This document shows positions 9,430 to 18,997 of a stretch of DNA of 64,000 nucleotides, piece after piece (the first letter of the stretch is position 1; each line of letters opens with the position of its first letter). The position numbers and the translations under genes were made by a program. A model generated the notes under the pieces. The model saw only the letters and a list, made by a program, of their open reading frames with translations. It was not told where the DNA came from and did no database searches. The stretch is from NCBI GenBank assembly GCA_965659975.1, contig CBFHYD010000001.1:1241-65240 (forward strand). The letters are read 5' to 3'. This stretch comes from Winogradskyella sp. Its GTDB lineage: Bacteria > Bacteroidota > Bacteroidia > Flavobacteriales > Flavobacteriaceae.

Positions 9430-10872
9430 CTATTTTTTTACTCTGTAACGTCTCAGACCATAGTTAGTCTCTTGCTTTTCAACAAAGTCAAGTTCTATTT
9501 TACTACCTCCTAAGATAGGTTTATCAAAGTTTGAGGTATGAATTTTTTCGTAGGTATCTACATCAATTGAGGTTCTGTTTTCTAGGTATTTAAAAAGTTT
9601 GATGTCTTTTATTTTGCTGCGCCAATTCGGTTGAATCGTGCCTTCAAAAACCTTTGATTTTGATCCACTACCATAACCTATAAAACCTATATGCTGTGCT
9701 GTTATGTCATTTTCAGAATTGTACTGAATAGATAAATAACTCAATAATGACATAAAGATCGAAGCCGTATACATGTTTCCAATCTCAGAAGATGCAACTT
9801 CTCCAGCCTCAATATTTTTTACTGTGAATTCACTAAATAATTTAGACTTGTATGCAGACTTCTGCCATGATTTTGCATCTGTGTCTTCAGGATTTCCAAT
9901 TTCTTCAACAAGACTACTATAAGTATCTGTTGGTTTAATCCAGTTCAACCAGTTGTCGAAAATAATTCGTCTACCATGGTAGGCGTATGGTAAATGAAAT
10001 ATAAATTGACTCCATTGTTTGATAAAGTCTGTTTCTTTTTGTGAATTAAAATGCTCAAACGCTTCTGTAATTCGATCTGCATAGCAGCTATTTGAAAACT
10101 GACCATCAAATACGGGCTCTTCTTTAAAAACTTGTACAACCTCATTATCATCTGCCCAAAACTGATTGGATGTGGATTGAATAAAAGTCGCAACAGATTC
10201 TTCAGAAACATCAACTTTTAATTCTTTCAGTATAGATTTAAGCAACTCAGATTTTTTGTAGGTACGACGTGGTTTAAAAAAGTCGCCTTCACTCTTTGAG
10301 GCAACGCCCCAAGTCGTATCAATCGATAAAATTTCTGGGTCATGCGATATTAACATTGCCACTGCACCAGCACCTTGGGTATATTCGCCTGTGGATCTAA
10401 GGCCATATTTAGATAAATCTGAAGCAATAACAATGGCTTTTCTGTTTTCATCTTGTTTTACCCAATCCAAACTATTATGTAGTGCATCTACTGCACCAAC
10501 ACATGCAAAGGTCATATCTAATATGTCACAGTTTTTAAAACTACGCTTGCCAAACATAGAGCTTAATTCATTTTCGACAATCTCTATGGCGTATGTTGCT
10601 GTAGGTTTTGATCCATCAACTGCACTTTCTGTACCTAAATAAACTCTACCGATATTTTTAGGATCGATGTCGTTTTTAACAATAAGGTCTAATAACGCAT
10701 TGGCCGCAAAGGTGGCAGCGTCTTCGCCAATATTTGGCACTGCCATTTTTTCTAAACCTAAACCTCGTTTTAGTTTCTCGGAAGGAATCCCGCGTGCCTC
10801 AGCTAGGTTATCCATGGACACATACAGCTGTGGTACATAAAACGATATCGCATCGATTCCGGTAGTTTTCAT
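9430..10872 (-). CDS. mvaS: Hydroxymethylglutaryl-CoA synthase (mevalonate pathway)
   Basis: GTESAVD (catalytic Glu), FACVG (Cys), GEYTQGAGA, FHLPY (His), GNMYTAS, YGSGS. Confidence 0.9.
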   Translation of the reverse strand: MKTTGIDAISFYVPQLYVSMDNLAEARGIPSEKLKRGLGLEKMAVPNIGEDAATFAANALLDLIVKNDIDPKNIGRVYLGTESAVDGSKPTATYAIEIVENELSSMFGKRSFKNCDILDMTFACVGAVDALHNSLDWVKQDENRKAIVIASDLSKYGLRSTGEYTQGAGAVAMLISHDPEILSIDTTWGVASKSEGDFFKPRRTYKKSELLKSILKELKVDVSEESVATFIQSTSNQFWADDNEVVQVFKEEPVFDGQFSNSCYADRITEAFEHFNSQKETDFIKQWSQFIFHLPYAYHGRRIIFDNWLNWIKPTDTYSSLVEEIGNPEDTDAKSWQKSAYKSKLFSEFTVKNIEAGEVASSEIGNMYTASIFMSLLSYLSIQYNSENDITAQHIGFIGYGSGSKSKVFEGTIQPNWRSKIKDIKLFKYLENRTSIDVDTYEKIHTSNFDKPILGGSKIELDFVEKQETNYGLRRYRVKK

Positions 10873-10885
10873 AATATCTGGGTTT

Positions 10886-11212
10886 TTACAGCATTCCTAA
10901 CTCTAGCTTTGCTTCTTCACTCATTAAATCTTGTGACCAAGGTGGATCGAAAGTGATTTCTACTTCAGCATCTTTTACTTCATTGATGGATTTTACTTTC
11001 TCTTCCACTTCTAACGGCAAAGTTTCTGCAACAGGACAGTTAGGAGACGTTAAGGTCATTAATATTTTTACATCAAAGTTTTCATTAACAAAAACGTCAT
11101 AAATAAGACCTAATTCGTAAATATCTACAGGAATTTCTGGGTCATATATTGTTTTGAGAACACGTACTATTTTCTCACCAAGTGCAGCCGTATCTATAGT
11201 GGTTTCGCTCAT
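10886..11212 (-). CDS. sufT: SUF system DUF59/SufT-like Fe-S assembly protein
   Basis: DPEIPVDIYELGLIY...MTLTSPNCP...FDPPW. Confidence 0.9.
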   Translation of the reverse strand: MSETTIDTAALGEKIVRVLKTIYDPEIPVDIYELGLIYDVFVNENFDVKILMTLTSPNCPVAETLPLEVEEKVKSINEVKDAEVEITFDPPWSQDLMSEEAKLELGML

Positions 11213-11635
11213 CTAATTTAATTGTGTTTGGTATGCAATCGCATACATTTTTAATTGTTTAACCATACTAACAAGTCCATTAGCTCTGGTTGGAGACAAA
11301 TGCTCTTTGAGTCCAATTTTGTCAATAAAGTCCGTATTGGCCTCTATAATATCCTTAGGGTGTTGATTAGAAAACACACGTATAAGAATGGCAATAATTC
11401 CTTTTGTAATAATAGCATCACTATCTGCAGTGAATTCTACTTTATTGTCATCCATTTCTGCGTGAACCCAAACTTTACTTTGACATCCTTTGATAATATT
11501 ATTATCTGTTTTGAATTGACTATCTATAAGTGGTAAAGTTTTACCAAGATCAATCATATATTGATAGCGTTCTTCCCAGTCATCAAACATTGAGAATTCG
11601 TCAATAATTTCGTTTTGTATTTCCTCTATCGTCAT
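11213..11635 (-). CDS. sufE: Cysteine desulfuration protein SufE
   Basis: IKGCQSKVW, DSDAIITKG, LSPTRANG. Confidence 0.93.
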   Translation of the reverse strand: MTIEEIQNEIIDEFSMFDDWEERYQYMIDLGKTLPLIDSQFKTDNNIIKGCQSKVWVHAEMDDNKVEFTADSDAIITKGIIAILIRVFSNQHPKDIIEANTDFIDKIGLKEHLSPTRANGLVSMVKQLKMYAIAYQTQLN

Positions 11636-11663
11636 TCCAAAAAATATTAAAAAAGCAAAATTA

Positions 11664-12185
11664 CTACTGTTTTTTTACTTTCTCAGCTAAGGCTAACATT
11701 TTATTAACGAGTGCCTCGATTTCTGCTGGTGGAAAACCATCATCGAACGTGCTTGTCTTGTATTTAACATCACCATCTATCACTGTGAGTGTCGCATGAG
11801 GTGCGCCGTCGTAAAGGCGTTTACCAGTAGGCGCTTTTAATTCTCCAAGAGACTTGAGATTCATATTATCTGCCATAGACTTCAAAGACATCCAATCTTC
11901 GGACGCTAAGGCAAAGCTTTCCATGCGCTGTAAGTTTCTATCATTAGACAGATTTATTGTGCTTTTCGAAATACTGATGTATTTCATAGAACCACGTGAA
12001 GATGCCTCATAAATAAATGATACACCTTCTTGATCGCTTTTAGCCTTTGTATTATCTATGTTTAACTCTTGCTTTGATATGGAGGCTTCATTAGTCTCTT
12101 TATCCTCGTTAGATGTTGCAAGCTTTTGAGATTTGCAAGATCCTGTTAGAATAATTACTGCTATAAAGCTGACTAAATATTTCAT
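11664..12185 (-). CDS. Hypothetical lipoprotein
   Basis: Lipoprotein signal (ILTGSC-KSQK); 173-aa ORF co-oriented between sufS and sufE. Confidence 0.75.
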   Translation of the reverse strand: MKYLVSFIAVIILTGSCKSQKLATSNEDKETNEASISKQELNIDNTKAKSDQEGVSFIYEASSRGSMKYISISKSTINLSNDRNLQRMESFALASEDWMSLKSMADNMNLKSLGELKAPTGKRLYDGAPHATLTVIDGDVKYKTSTFDDGFPPAEIEALVNKMLALAEKVKKQ

Positions 12186-12228
12186 AATAAGTGTTTTAAA
12201 ACACTAAGGTACATTTTTGATGCCAAAC

Positions 12229-13443
12229 TTAAGAAAGCATCATCACTGCTTTTCTTAAGGCAGATATAAATGTGTCTATTTCCTCTTTTGTATTGTAGAA
12301 CATAAAGGACGCTCGGATAGTACCTGGAATTTTATAATAATCCATTATAGGTTGTGCACAATGTTGCCCAGTACGCACAGCTATGCCAATTTTGTCTAAA
12401 ATAGTACCAATATCGTACGGATGTATATTACCAACATTAAAGGAAATTACCGAAGTTTTATTGGATGCTGTTCCGTAAATTTTTAGACCTTCGATAGTTT
12501 CAAGTCGGTCCGTAGCATATTCTAACAACTCATTCTCATAAGAAGCGATGTTTTCAAAGCCAATACCATTCATATAATCCAATGCCGCTCCAAAAGCAAT
12601 GCCACCGCAGACATTCGGTGTTCCAGCTTCAAATTTGTGCGGAAGATCGGCATAAGTTGTCTTTTCGAAAGTGACCTCAGAAATCATCTCGCCACCACCT
12701 TGATAAGGTGGTAATTTTTTTAGCCATTCTTCTTTACCGTAAAGCATACCGACACCAGTTGGTCCACATATTTTATGCGCAGAACATACATAAAAATCTG
12801 CATCTAAGGCTTGCATGTCTGGTTTAATATGTGGGCATGATTGTGCGCCATCTATTAAAACTGCAGCTCCAACACTATGTGCTTTCTCAATGATATACTC
12901 AATTGGGTTGATCGTACCTAGAGCATTAGAGATATGATTAACAAAAACAAGTTTGGTATTGCTATTTAGCAGTTTTTCATATTCCGCCATTACAAGCTCA
13001 CCATCGTCATTCATAGGAATAATCTTGAGTTTTGCACCAGTACGTTCACACAGCATTTGCCATGGTACTATATTGCTATGGTGTTCTAAGGCCGAAATAA
13101 TGATCTCGTCGTCTGATGTTAATAGCGAAGAAAAGCCATTTGCCACTAAGTTAATACCATGAGTCGTACCTGAAGTATAAATAATTTCGTGAGCATGTTT
13201 TGCATTAAAGTGCTTTTGAATTTTTATACGTGCTTGCTCGTAGGCATCCGTAGCTTCTTGACTTAAGGCATGGACACCACGATGAATATTTGCATTATAA
13301 TTGCTATAATAATCTACAATGACATCTATAACCTGTTGCGGTGTTTGCGATGTTGCGGCATTATCAAAATAAACCAACGGTTTACCATTCACTATTCTTT
13401 TTAGAATTGGAAAATCGCTACGTATTTTTTCTATATCAAACAT
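12229..13443 (-). CDS. sufS: Cysteine desulfurase SufS
   Basis: DNAATSQ, EHHSN, SAHK (PLP Lys), RTGQHCAQP (catalytic Cys). Confidence 0.93.
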   Translation of the reverse strand: MFDIEKIRSDFPILKRIVNGKPLVYFDNAATSQTPQQVIDVIVDYYSNYNANIHRGVHALSQEATDAYEQARIKIQKHFNAKHAHEIIYTSGTTHGINLVANGFSSLLTSDDEIIISALEHHSNIVPWQMLCERTGAKLKIIPMNDDGELVMAEYEKLLNSNTKLVFVNHISNALGTINPIEYIIEKAHSVGAAVLIDGAQSCPHIKPDMQALDADFYVCSAHKICGPTGVGMLYGKEEWLKKLPPYQGGGEMISEVTFEKTTYADLPHKFEAGTPNVCGGIAFGAALDYMNGIGFENIASYENELLEYATDRLETIEGLKIYGTASNKTSVISFNVGNIHPYDIGTILDKIGIAVRTGQHCAQPIMDYYKIPGTIRASFMFYNTKEEIDTFISALRKAVMMLS

Positions 13444-13556
13444 ATCTATCTTTCAAGATGTAAAGATACAAAGCATACCCTTGAAATTAAAACATATAAC
13501 ACAGCATTAAGAGTAAATGATTTCGCTTTAATATCTTTACAAAAAGATGAAAAGTA

Positions 13557-13837
13557 ATGGCTAAAAAGCGAATTGTAAAATGTATTTCCTGTGGAGTTTT
13601 TAATGAAAATAGGGATATGTGCCATAATTGTGGCGCCATACTTTCGCACCGAGAAAGAAGAGAAATAAAAATAAGAGAAGAAGCTAAAAAACGTATTGAA
13701 TACCTAAAGGAAAACTTACAAAAACATCGTTTTTTGCCTACCGTATTTTAGGCTATTTACTCTATTCCGCGTTTGCTGTAGTATCTGCTATTGGTGCTTT
13801 TATTGCATGGTTGGTATTTGCAATTGCTGCAGGATAA
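13557..13837 (+). pseudogene. Zinc-ribbon membrane protein gene, frameshifted near 13728
   Basis: CISC...CHNC N-terminus; restoring 1 nt after KH continues into FFAYRILGYLLYSAFAVVSAIGAFIAWLVFAIAAG*, ending 1 nt before the next ATG. Confidence 0.7.
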
Positions 13838-13838
13838 T

Positions 13839-14189
13839 ATGAGTAGAGTCCTAAAAATATATTTTATCCTTTCTTGTTTGGTTGGACTTTTAATCTACTT
13901 GGCTCAATACTTTGGCATCAGATTACCTAGAATCATTAATAATTACTTCAATGATTTCTTAATTATTCCGATTTGTCTGACAATAAGTCTTTTCGTTTTG
14001 CAAGCAACAAAAAATGATAAAAATTATAATATTCCTTTATGGATTATTGTATTCTTGTGCTTCATGTATAGTTTCCTATTCGAATATATATTACCCAAAT
14101 ATTACATACAATACACAAGTGATTTTATAGATGTTTTGCTCTATTTTTTAGGCGGATTTCTCTTTTGTTATCTTCAAAAAAAGAAATAA
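13839..14189 (+). CDS. Small multi-pass membrane protein (hypothetical)
   Basis: Hydrophobic ORF MSRVLKIYF... with NNYFNDFL, FEYILP and D..D..LY motifs; start moved to 13839. Confidence 0.7.
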   Translation: MSRVLKIYFILSCLVGLLIYLAQYFGIRLPRIINNYFNDFLIIPICLTISLFVLQATKNDKNYNIPLWIIVFLCFMYSFLFEYILPKYYIQYTSDFIDVLLYFLGGFLFCYLQKKK

Positions 14190-14194
14190 ACCAA

Positions 14195-15508
14195 CTACAG
14201 GTCAAACCCAATATTCACATTGAGTTTTTGGGCTATAAGTTTTTTAATACGACTTTTTATTTCAGGAATAGCCACAGAGTCCAACACATTATTACTAAAA
14301 GCAAACATTAATAAACCACGAGCTTCTTTTTCCGGGATACCTCGAGAACGCAAGTAAAACATAGCACTTTCATCTAACTGACCAATCGTACAACCATGAG
14401 AACACTTTACATCATCTGCAAAGATTTCTAACTGTGGTTTTGTATTGATTGTTGCCTTATCGCTTACCAGAATGTTATTATTAGCTTGAAAGGCATTTGT
14501 TTTTTGCGCTTCCTTTTCTACGATAACTTTACCGTTAAACACACCTGTGGCATTATCATCAAAAATACCTTTGTAGTCTTGATGGCTTTCGCAATTAGGC
14601 TCTATATGATGTACTAAGGTATTGTGATCTACATGTTGTTTGTCTCCAATAATGGTAATACCCTTCATTGTAGAATCAATACGCTCACCATTTTGGTAGA
14701 AATTGAGATTATTACGTGTTAGCTTACCACCAAAAGAAAACGTGTGTACTTTGGCGATACTCTCCTGTTTTTGATTAATAAACGTATTGTCAATTAATGA
14801 GGCCGATTGTCTATCATTCTGAATTTTGTAGTAATCTACTATGGCACGTTTGTTTGCAAAAACTTCAGTTACTGAATTTGTTAAAATAGGATTATCGGTA
14901 AGACTCTGATGACGCTCTATAATTTGTACATGAGAGTTTTCATCAACAACAATTAAGTTTCGTGGTTGCAATAGAAGCGCTGCCTCATTTCCTGTAGAGA
15001 AATGTATGATTTGAATAGGCTTTTCTACAACTTTATTCTTTGGAATATGAATATATGCACCTTCTGCTGAGAAGGCTGTATTTAATGAAGACAAGCCGTC
15101 TTTCGTAGCAATCTTATTAAAGTAATTATCAATGATAATCTTATACTTTGGCTTAGAAAGTGCCGATGACATTAAACAAACATCGATACCATCGTGTGTA
15201 GTAGCGGACAAATGTGAAGAGTATTTACCATCTATAAAAATGATTTTATAGCTGTCGATATCATGGATAAAATACTTCTTTACGTCTTTATATTCTAAAG
15301 CTTCCTCATGTTTTGGAAAAACGCTATAGTCATTTTTTAGTAAAGAATTTAACGACGTATACTTCCAAGCCTCTTGTTTCTTAGTAGGAAATCCTTCTGA
15401 CTCAAAGGTTTTAATCGCATCAATTCTAATATCATGAACAGGCAAATCTACATCGACAGTATTTTCGAATGCCATGAAAGACGATACTAACTTTTCTTTT
15501 AAACTCAT
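14195..15508 (-). CDS. sufD: Fe-S cluster assembly protein SufD
   Basis: FPTKKQEAWKYT, PQLEIFADDVKCSHG, FYLRSRGI. Confidence 0.95.
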   Translation of the reverse strand: MSLKEKLVSSFMAFENTVDVDLPVHDIRIDAIKTFESEGFPTKKQEAWKYTSLNSLLKNDYSVFPKHEEALEYKDVKKYFIHDIDSYKIIFIDGKYSSHLSATTHDGIDVCLMSSALSKPKYKIIIDNYFNKIATKDGLSSLNTAFSAEGAYIHIPKNKVVEKPIQIIHFSTGNEAALLLQPRNLIVVDENSHVQIIERHQSLTDNPILTNSVTEVFANKRAIVDYYKIQNDRQSASLIDNTFINQKQESIAKVHTFSFGGKLTRNNLNFYQNGERIDSTMKGITIIGDKQHVDHNTLVHHIEPNCESHQDYKGIFDDNATGVFNGKVIVEKEAQKTNAFQANNNILVSDKATINTKPQLEIFADDVKCSHGCTIGQLDESAMFYLRSRGIPEKEARGLLMFAFSNNVLDSVAIPEIKSRIKKLIAQKLNVNIGFDL

Positions 15509-15548
15509 TTTTCTCTTAATTCAGTACTTCTTCTTTTCTCGGCTGGAT

Positions 15549-16301
15549 TTATACACCAACCTCTTCTTTAATCCAATCGTAACCTTTGGCTTCAAGCTCG
15601 TGAGCCAATTCTTTTGTTCCTGATTTTACAATCTTACCATCCATTAAAACGTGAACAAAGTCCGGTACGATATAGTCTAATAATCTTTGGTAATGCGTAA
15701 TAACGACTACGGCATTATCTTTTGACTTTAGCTTATTAACACCATTTGCTACGATTCTAAGTGCATCGATGTCTAATCCTGAGTCTGTTTCATCAAGAAT
15801 AGCCAATTTTGGTTCTAACATGGCCATCTGAAAAATCTCGTTACGTTTCTTTTCTCCTCCAGAAAATCCTTCGTTTAATGAACGTGATAAGAACTTACGG
15901 TCAATCTCTAAAAGCTCAGACTTTTCTCGAATTAATTTCAGCATTTCGTTTGCTGGCATTTCTTCTAATCCTTTTGCTTTACGTGTTTCGTTAATGGCAG
16001 TTTTCATGAAGTTAGTCACGGAAACCCCAGGAATTTCTACTGGATATTGAAAAGATAAAAACACACCTTTATGTGCACGTTCTTCGGCACTTAGCTCATC
16101 TAAATCTTCACCATTTAAAAGAATATTTCCTTCTTCTACTTCATATTCTTCTTTACCGGCAACAACAGAAGCTAAGGTACTTTTACCTGATCCGTTAGGT
16201 CCCATAATTGCATGAACCTCTCCTGGTTTTACATGGAGGTTAATGCCTTTTAATATAGGCTTATCCTCAACATTAGCGTGTAAATTATTTATTTGTAACA
16301 T
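15549..16301 (-). CDS. sufC: Fe-S cluster assembly ATPase SufC
   Basis: [43 protein letters not shown]. Confidence 0.97.
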   Translation of the reverse strand: MLQINNLHANVEDKPILKGINLHVKPGEVHAIMGPNGSGKSTLASVVAGKEEYEVEEGNILLNGEDLDELSAEERAHKGVFLSFQYPVEIPGVSVTNFMKTAINETRKAKGLEEMPANEMLKLIREKSELLEIDRKFLSRSLNEGFSGGEKKRNEIFQMAMLEPKLAILDETDSGLDIDALRIVANGVNKLKSKDNAVVVITHYQRLLDYIVPDFVHVLMDGKIVKSGTKELAHELEAKGYDWIKEEVGV

Positions 16302-16304
16302 ATC

Positions 16305-16718
16305 TTAATTTTCAATTTTAATAACGTCCTTAGGATTTTCTTCTGGGGCTTCAACCTTTAATGTTTCTTTTATTTCTAAAAAGAATGGCCAAGTATTTTC
16401 TTTGGTGCTTGCAATGCGCTTTACTCTCACAGTTACTGGAACCATATCTGTCGCGTCCTTTTTATAGGCTTTCACCTTTTCATTTAAGTCCTTCATGCCG
16501 TCATCAATGACAACACCATAGACTTGGTTTGTTGTTTGGATAACGGCAGCATTTTGGGCTTCATCATAAATAAAATCGCCTTTAAGCGTTATCAAACCAT
16601 CATTCTGATCGTAAGATTTTGATGTTTCACCAACAGATACTTCATCAGTTTTAGCATCATTTCTACAAGAGGATAACGCCAAACAAAAAAGGACTATGTA
16701 GTATATTTTTTTCATCAC
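16305..16718 (-). CDS. Hypothetical lipoprotein between sufB and sufC
   Basis: Lipobox LSSC; 3-9 nt gaps to neighbouring suf genes. Confidence 0.75.
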   Translation of the reverse strand: MMKKIYYIVLFCLALSSCRNDAKTDEVSVGETSKSYDQNDGLITLKGDFIYDEAQNAAVIQTTNQVYGVVIDDGMKDLNEKVKAYKKDATDMVPVTVRVKRIASTKENTWPFFLEIKETLKVEAPEENPKDVIKIEN

Positions 16719-16727
16719 TTACAAAGT

Positions 16728-18179
16728 TTATCCAACAGATCCTTCTAATGAAATCTCCAGTAATTTCTGAGCTTCAACTGCAAATTCCATTGGTAGTTTG
16801 TTCAATACTTCTTTGCTAAAACCATTTACAATAAGCGCAATAGCTTTTTCGGTATCAATACCACGTTGGTTACAGTAAAAAATTTGGTCTTCACCAATCT
16901 TACTTGTCGTTGCTTCGTGCTCTATTTGAGCCGACTTATTTTTTGCTTCTATATATGGGAAGGTATGTGCACCACATTCGTTACCCATTAATAAACTATC
17001 ACACTGAGAGAAGTTACGGGCATTTTCCGCATGCGGACTTATCTGCACTAATCCACGATAACTATTCTGAGATTTCCCAGCAGAAATACCTTTAGAGATA
17101 ATGGTTGACTTGGTGTTTTTACCTAAGTGAATCATTTTGGTTCCTGTATCTGCTTGTTGGAAATTATTAGTCACAGCGATAGAGTAAAACTCACCAATAG
17201 AGTTATCACCTTTTAGCACACATGACGGATATTTCCATGTAACGGCACTACCAGTCTCCACCTGTGTCCAAGAAATTTTAGCATTCTTCTCACACAAACC
17301 ACGCTTTGTTACGAAGTTATAAACACCACCTTTACCGTCTGCTGTTCCAGGGAACCAGTTTTGTACTGTACTGTATTTTATTTCTGCATCTTCTAAAGCG
17401 ATAAGCTCAACCACTGCAGCGTGAAGCTGATTTTCATCACGACTTGGTGCTGTACATCCTTCAAGATAACTGACATAACTACCTTCGTCTGCGATAACCA
17501 AGGTGCGCTCAAACTGTCCAGTACCAGCCTGATTAATTCTAAAGTATGTCGATAGTTCCATTGGACATTTCACACCTTTTGGGATGTAACAGAACGATCC
17601 ATCACTAAAGACTGCAGAGTTTAAAGCCGCATAGAAGTTATCTTTTTGTGGCACAACAGTACCTATATGTTTACGTACAAGCTCAGGATGTTCTTGGATG
17701 GCTTCAGATATACTCATAAATATGATACCTTTCTCTGCCAAAGTTTTTTTGAAGGTTGTCGCAACAGAAACAGAATCGACAACAACATCCATTGCTACAC
17801 CTGCTAATTTCTTTTGTTCGTCTAATGAAATCCCGAGTTTTTCGAAAGTTGCCAGAAGCTCTGGATCAACTTTATCTAAGCTGTCATACTTTGGCTTGCT
17901 ATTAGGAGCTGAATAATAAGAGATAGCTTGAAAATCTGGTTTTTCGTACTTGACGTTTGGCCAATCTGGCTCGGTCATTTCTTTCCAAACTTTAAAAGCC
18001 TCTAATCGCCATTCTGTCATCCATTCTGGCTCATTTTTCTTTTTAGAAATAGCCCTAACAATATCTTCATTAAGCCCAACAGGAAACGTTTCAGATTCTA
18101 TATCTGTATAAAAACCATACTCGTATTCTTTGGTTTTTAATTCTTCCCTTAAATCATCTTCTGTATACTTTGTTGACAT
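16728..18179 (-). CDS. sufB: Fe-S cluster assembly protein SufB
   Basis: [35 protein letters not shown]; normal length, no intein. Confidence 0.97.
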   Translation of the reverse strand: MSTKYTEDDLREELKTKEYEYGFYTDIESETFPVGLNEDIVRAISKKKNEPEWMTEWRLEAFKVWKEMTEPDWPNVKYEKPDFQAISYYSAPNSKPKYDSLDKVDPELLATFEKLGISLDEQKKLAGVAMDVVVDSVSVATTFKKTLAEKGIIFMSISEAIQEHPELVRKHIGTVVPQKDNFYAALNSAVFSDGSFCYIPKGVKCPMELSTYFRINQAGTGQFERTLVIADEGSYVSYLEGCTAPSRDENQLHAAVVELIALEDAEIKYSTVQNWFPGTADGKGGVYNFVTKRGLCEKNAKISWTQVETGSAVTWKYPSCVLKGDNSIGEFYSIAVTNNFQQADTGTKMIHLGKNTKSTIISKGISAGKSQNSYRGLVQISPHAENARNFSQCDSLLMGNECGAHTFPYIEAKNKSAQIEHEATTSKIGEDQIFYCNQRGIDTEKAIALIVNGFSKEVLNKLPMEFAVEAQKLLEISLEGSVG

Positions 18180-18194
18180 ACGTTTTAATTGAAT

Positions 18195-18524
18195 TTAGAG
18201 TGAAAAAGATTCACCACATCCACAAGTTCTGTTTGCGTTTGGATTATTAAATACAAATCCAGTTCCATTAAGACCTCCAGAATATTCTAAGGTGGTACCA
18301 ATAAGGTAGAGAAAACTCTTCTTGTCAACAATAATTTTCACACCATTGTCTTCAAAAACTTTATCGCCATCTTCTTGAGACTTGTCAAATTTCAAATCAT
18401 AAGACAAACCAGAGCAGCCGCCGCTTTTTACACCAACGCGAATATAATCTGAAGCAATATCAAAGCCGTCTTCGCTCATAAGCTGAATGACTTTTTCTTT
18501 AGCCGTGTCAGAAACCTTTATCAT
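18195..18524 (-). CDS. sufA: A-type Fe-S carrier (HesB/IscA/SufA)
   Basis: GGCSGLSY and TCGCGESFS. Confidence 0.92.
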   Translation of the reverse strand: MIKVSDTAKEKVIQLMSEDGFDIASDYIRVGVKSGGCSGLSYDLKFDKSQEDGDKVFEDNGVKIIVDKKSFLYLIGTTLEYSGGLNGTGFVFNNPNANRTCGCGESFSL

Positions 18525-18531
18525 AGTCTTT

Positions 18532-18550
18532 AATTAGATTTAATCTAAAT
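18532..18550. promoter_or_regulatory. Putative Fur box between the suf promoter and sufA start
   Basis: AATTAGATTTAATCTAAAT (minus strand ATTTAGA-TTAAA-TCTAATT), 7-5-7 palindrome. Confidence 0.72.
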
Positions 18551-18555
18551 GTGTG

Positions 18556-18563
18556 CAAAGATA
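18556..18563 (-). promoter_or_regulatory. -7 promoter element of the sufA-sufB-sufC-sufD unit
   Basis: TATCTTTG on the minus strand. Confidence 0.65.
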
Positions 18564-18667
18564 CATTATAGGTGGTGTTTAACAATATTTGCTAACATTA
18601 TATTAGCAAATTGTATGATAGATTATAGCTATTCTAATTCAATGAGTTGGAATTGAAAAATTTGAAA

Positions 18668-18889
18668 CTAATACTTAGAGTTGAGACGTCTATTTAAAAG
18701 GAATAGTTGACGAAACGCACTTTCAACGGTTATACTATATGATAATTCTGATACGATGTCTCCGTTCGTATCAATTTTTGCCTCGAAACCACAATGTCTA
18801 CATGAAATTTTATCAGATGTATTAGAAACGGATTTATAGAAATTATGGCCAAGAGTAAGGCGCCTCATATTCAGTGTAGTAGGTTTCAT
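18668..18889 (-). CDS. Small GH...CxxC putative zinc-binding protein (DUF1660-like, divergent)
   Basis: LGHNFYK...CRHC...IDTNGD resembles the ORFs at 26255 and 26695. Confidence 0.55.
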   Translation of the reverse strand: MKPTTLNMRRLTLGHNFYKSVSNTSDKISCRHCGFEAKIDTNGDIVSELSYSITVESAFRQLFLLNRRLNSKY

Positions 18890-18997
18890 AGGTTGGATTA
18901 CTGGGGGGCACCTAATATAGAAATACTAATAAAAAATCAAGTTGAACTAAGAATATTTTCGATGAAATGCATATATTTTTATATAATATTAGAACTT

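Noticed and set aside
13446-13649. 67-aa minus-strand ORF upstream of sufS
   Set aside because: Overlaps the sufS promoter region and the zinc-ribbon gene antisense; no recognisable motifs
16728-18179. Intein in SufB
   Set aside because: Length (483 aa) and continuous motifs show no insertion
18600-18990. IS1595-type transposase remnant suggested by the CxxC motif
   Set aside because: No terminal inverted repeats or DDE motif; the ORF fits the GH...CxxC micro-protein family better
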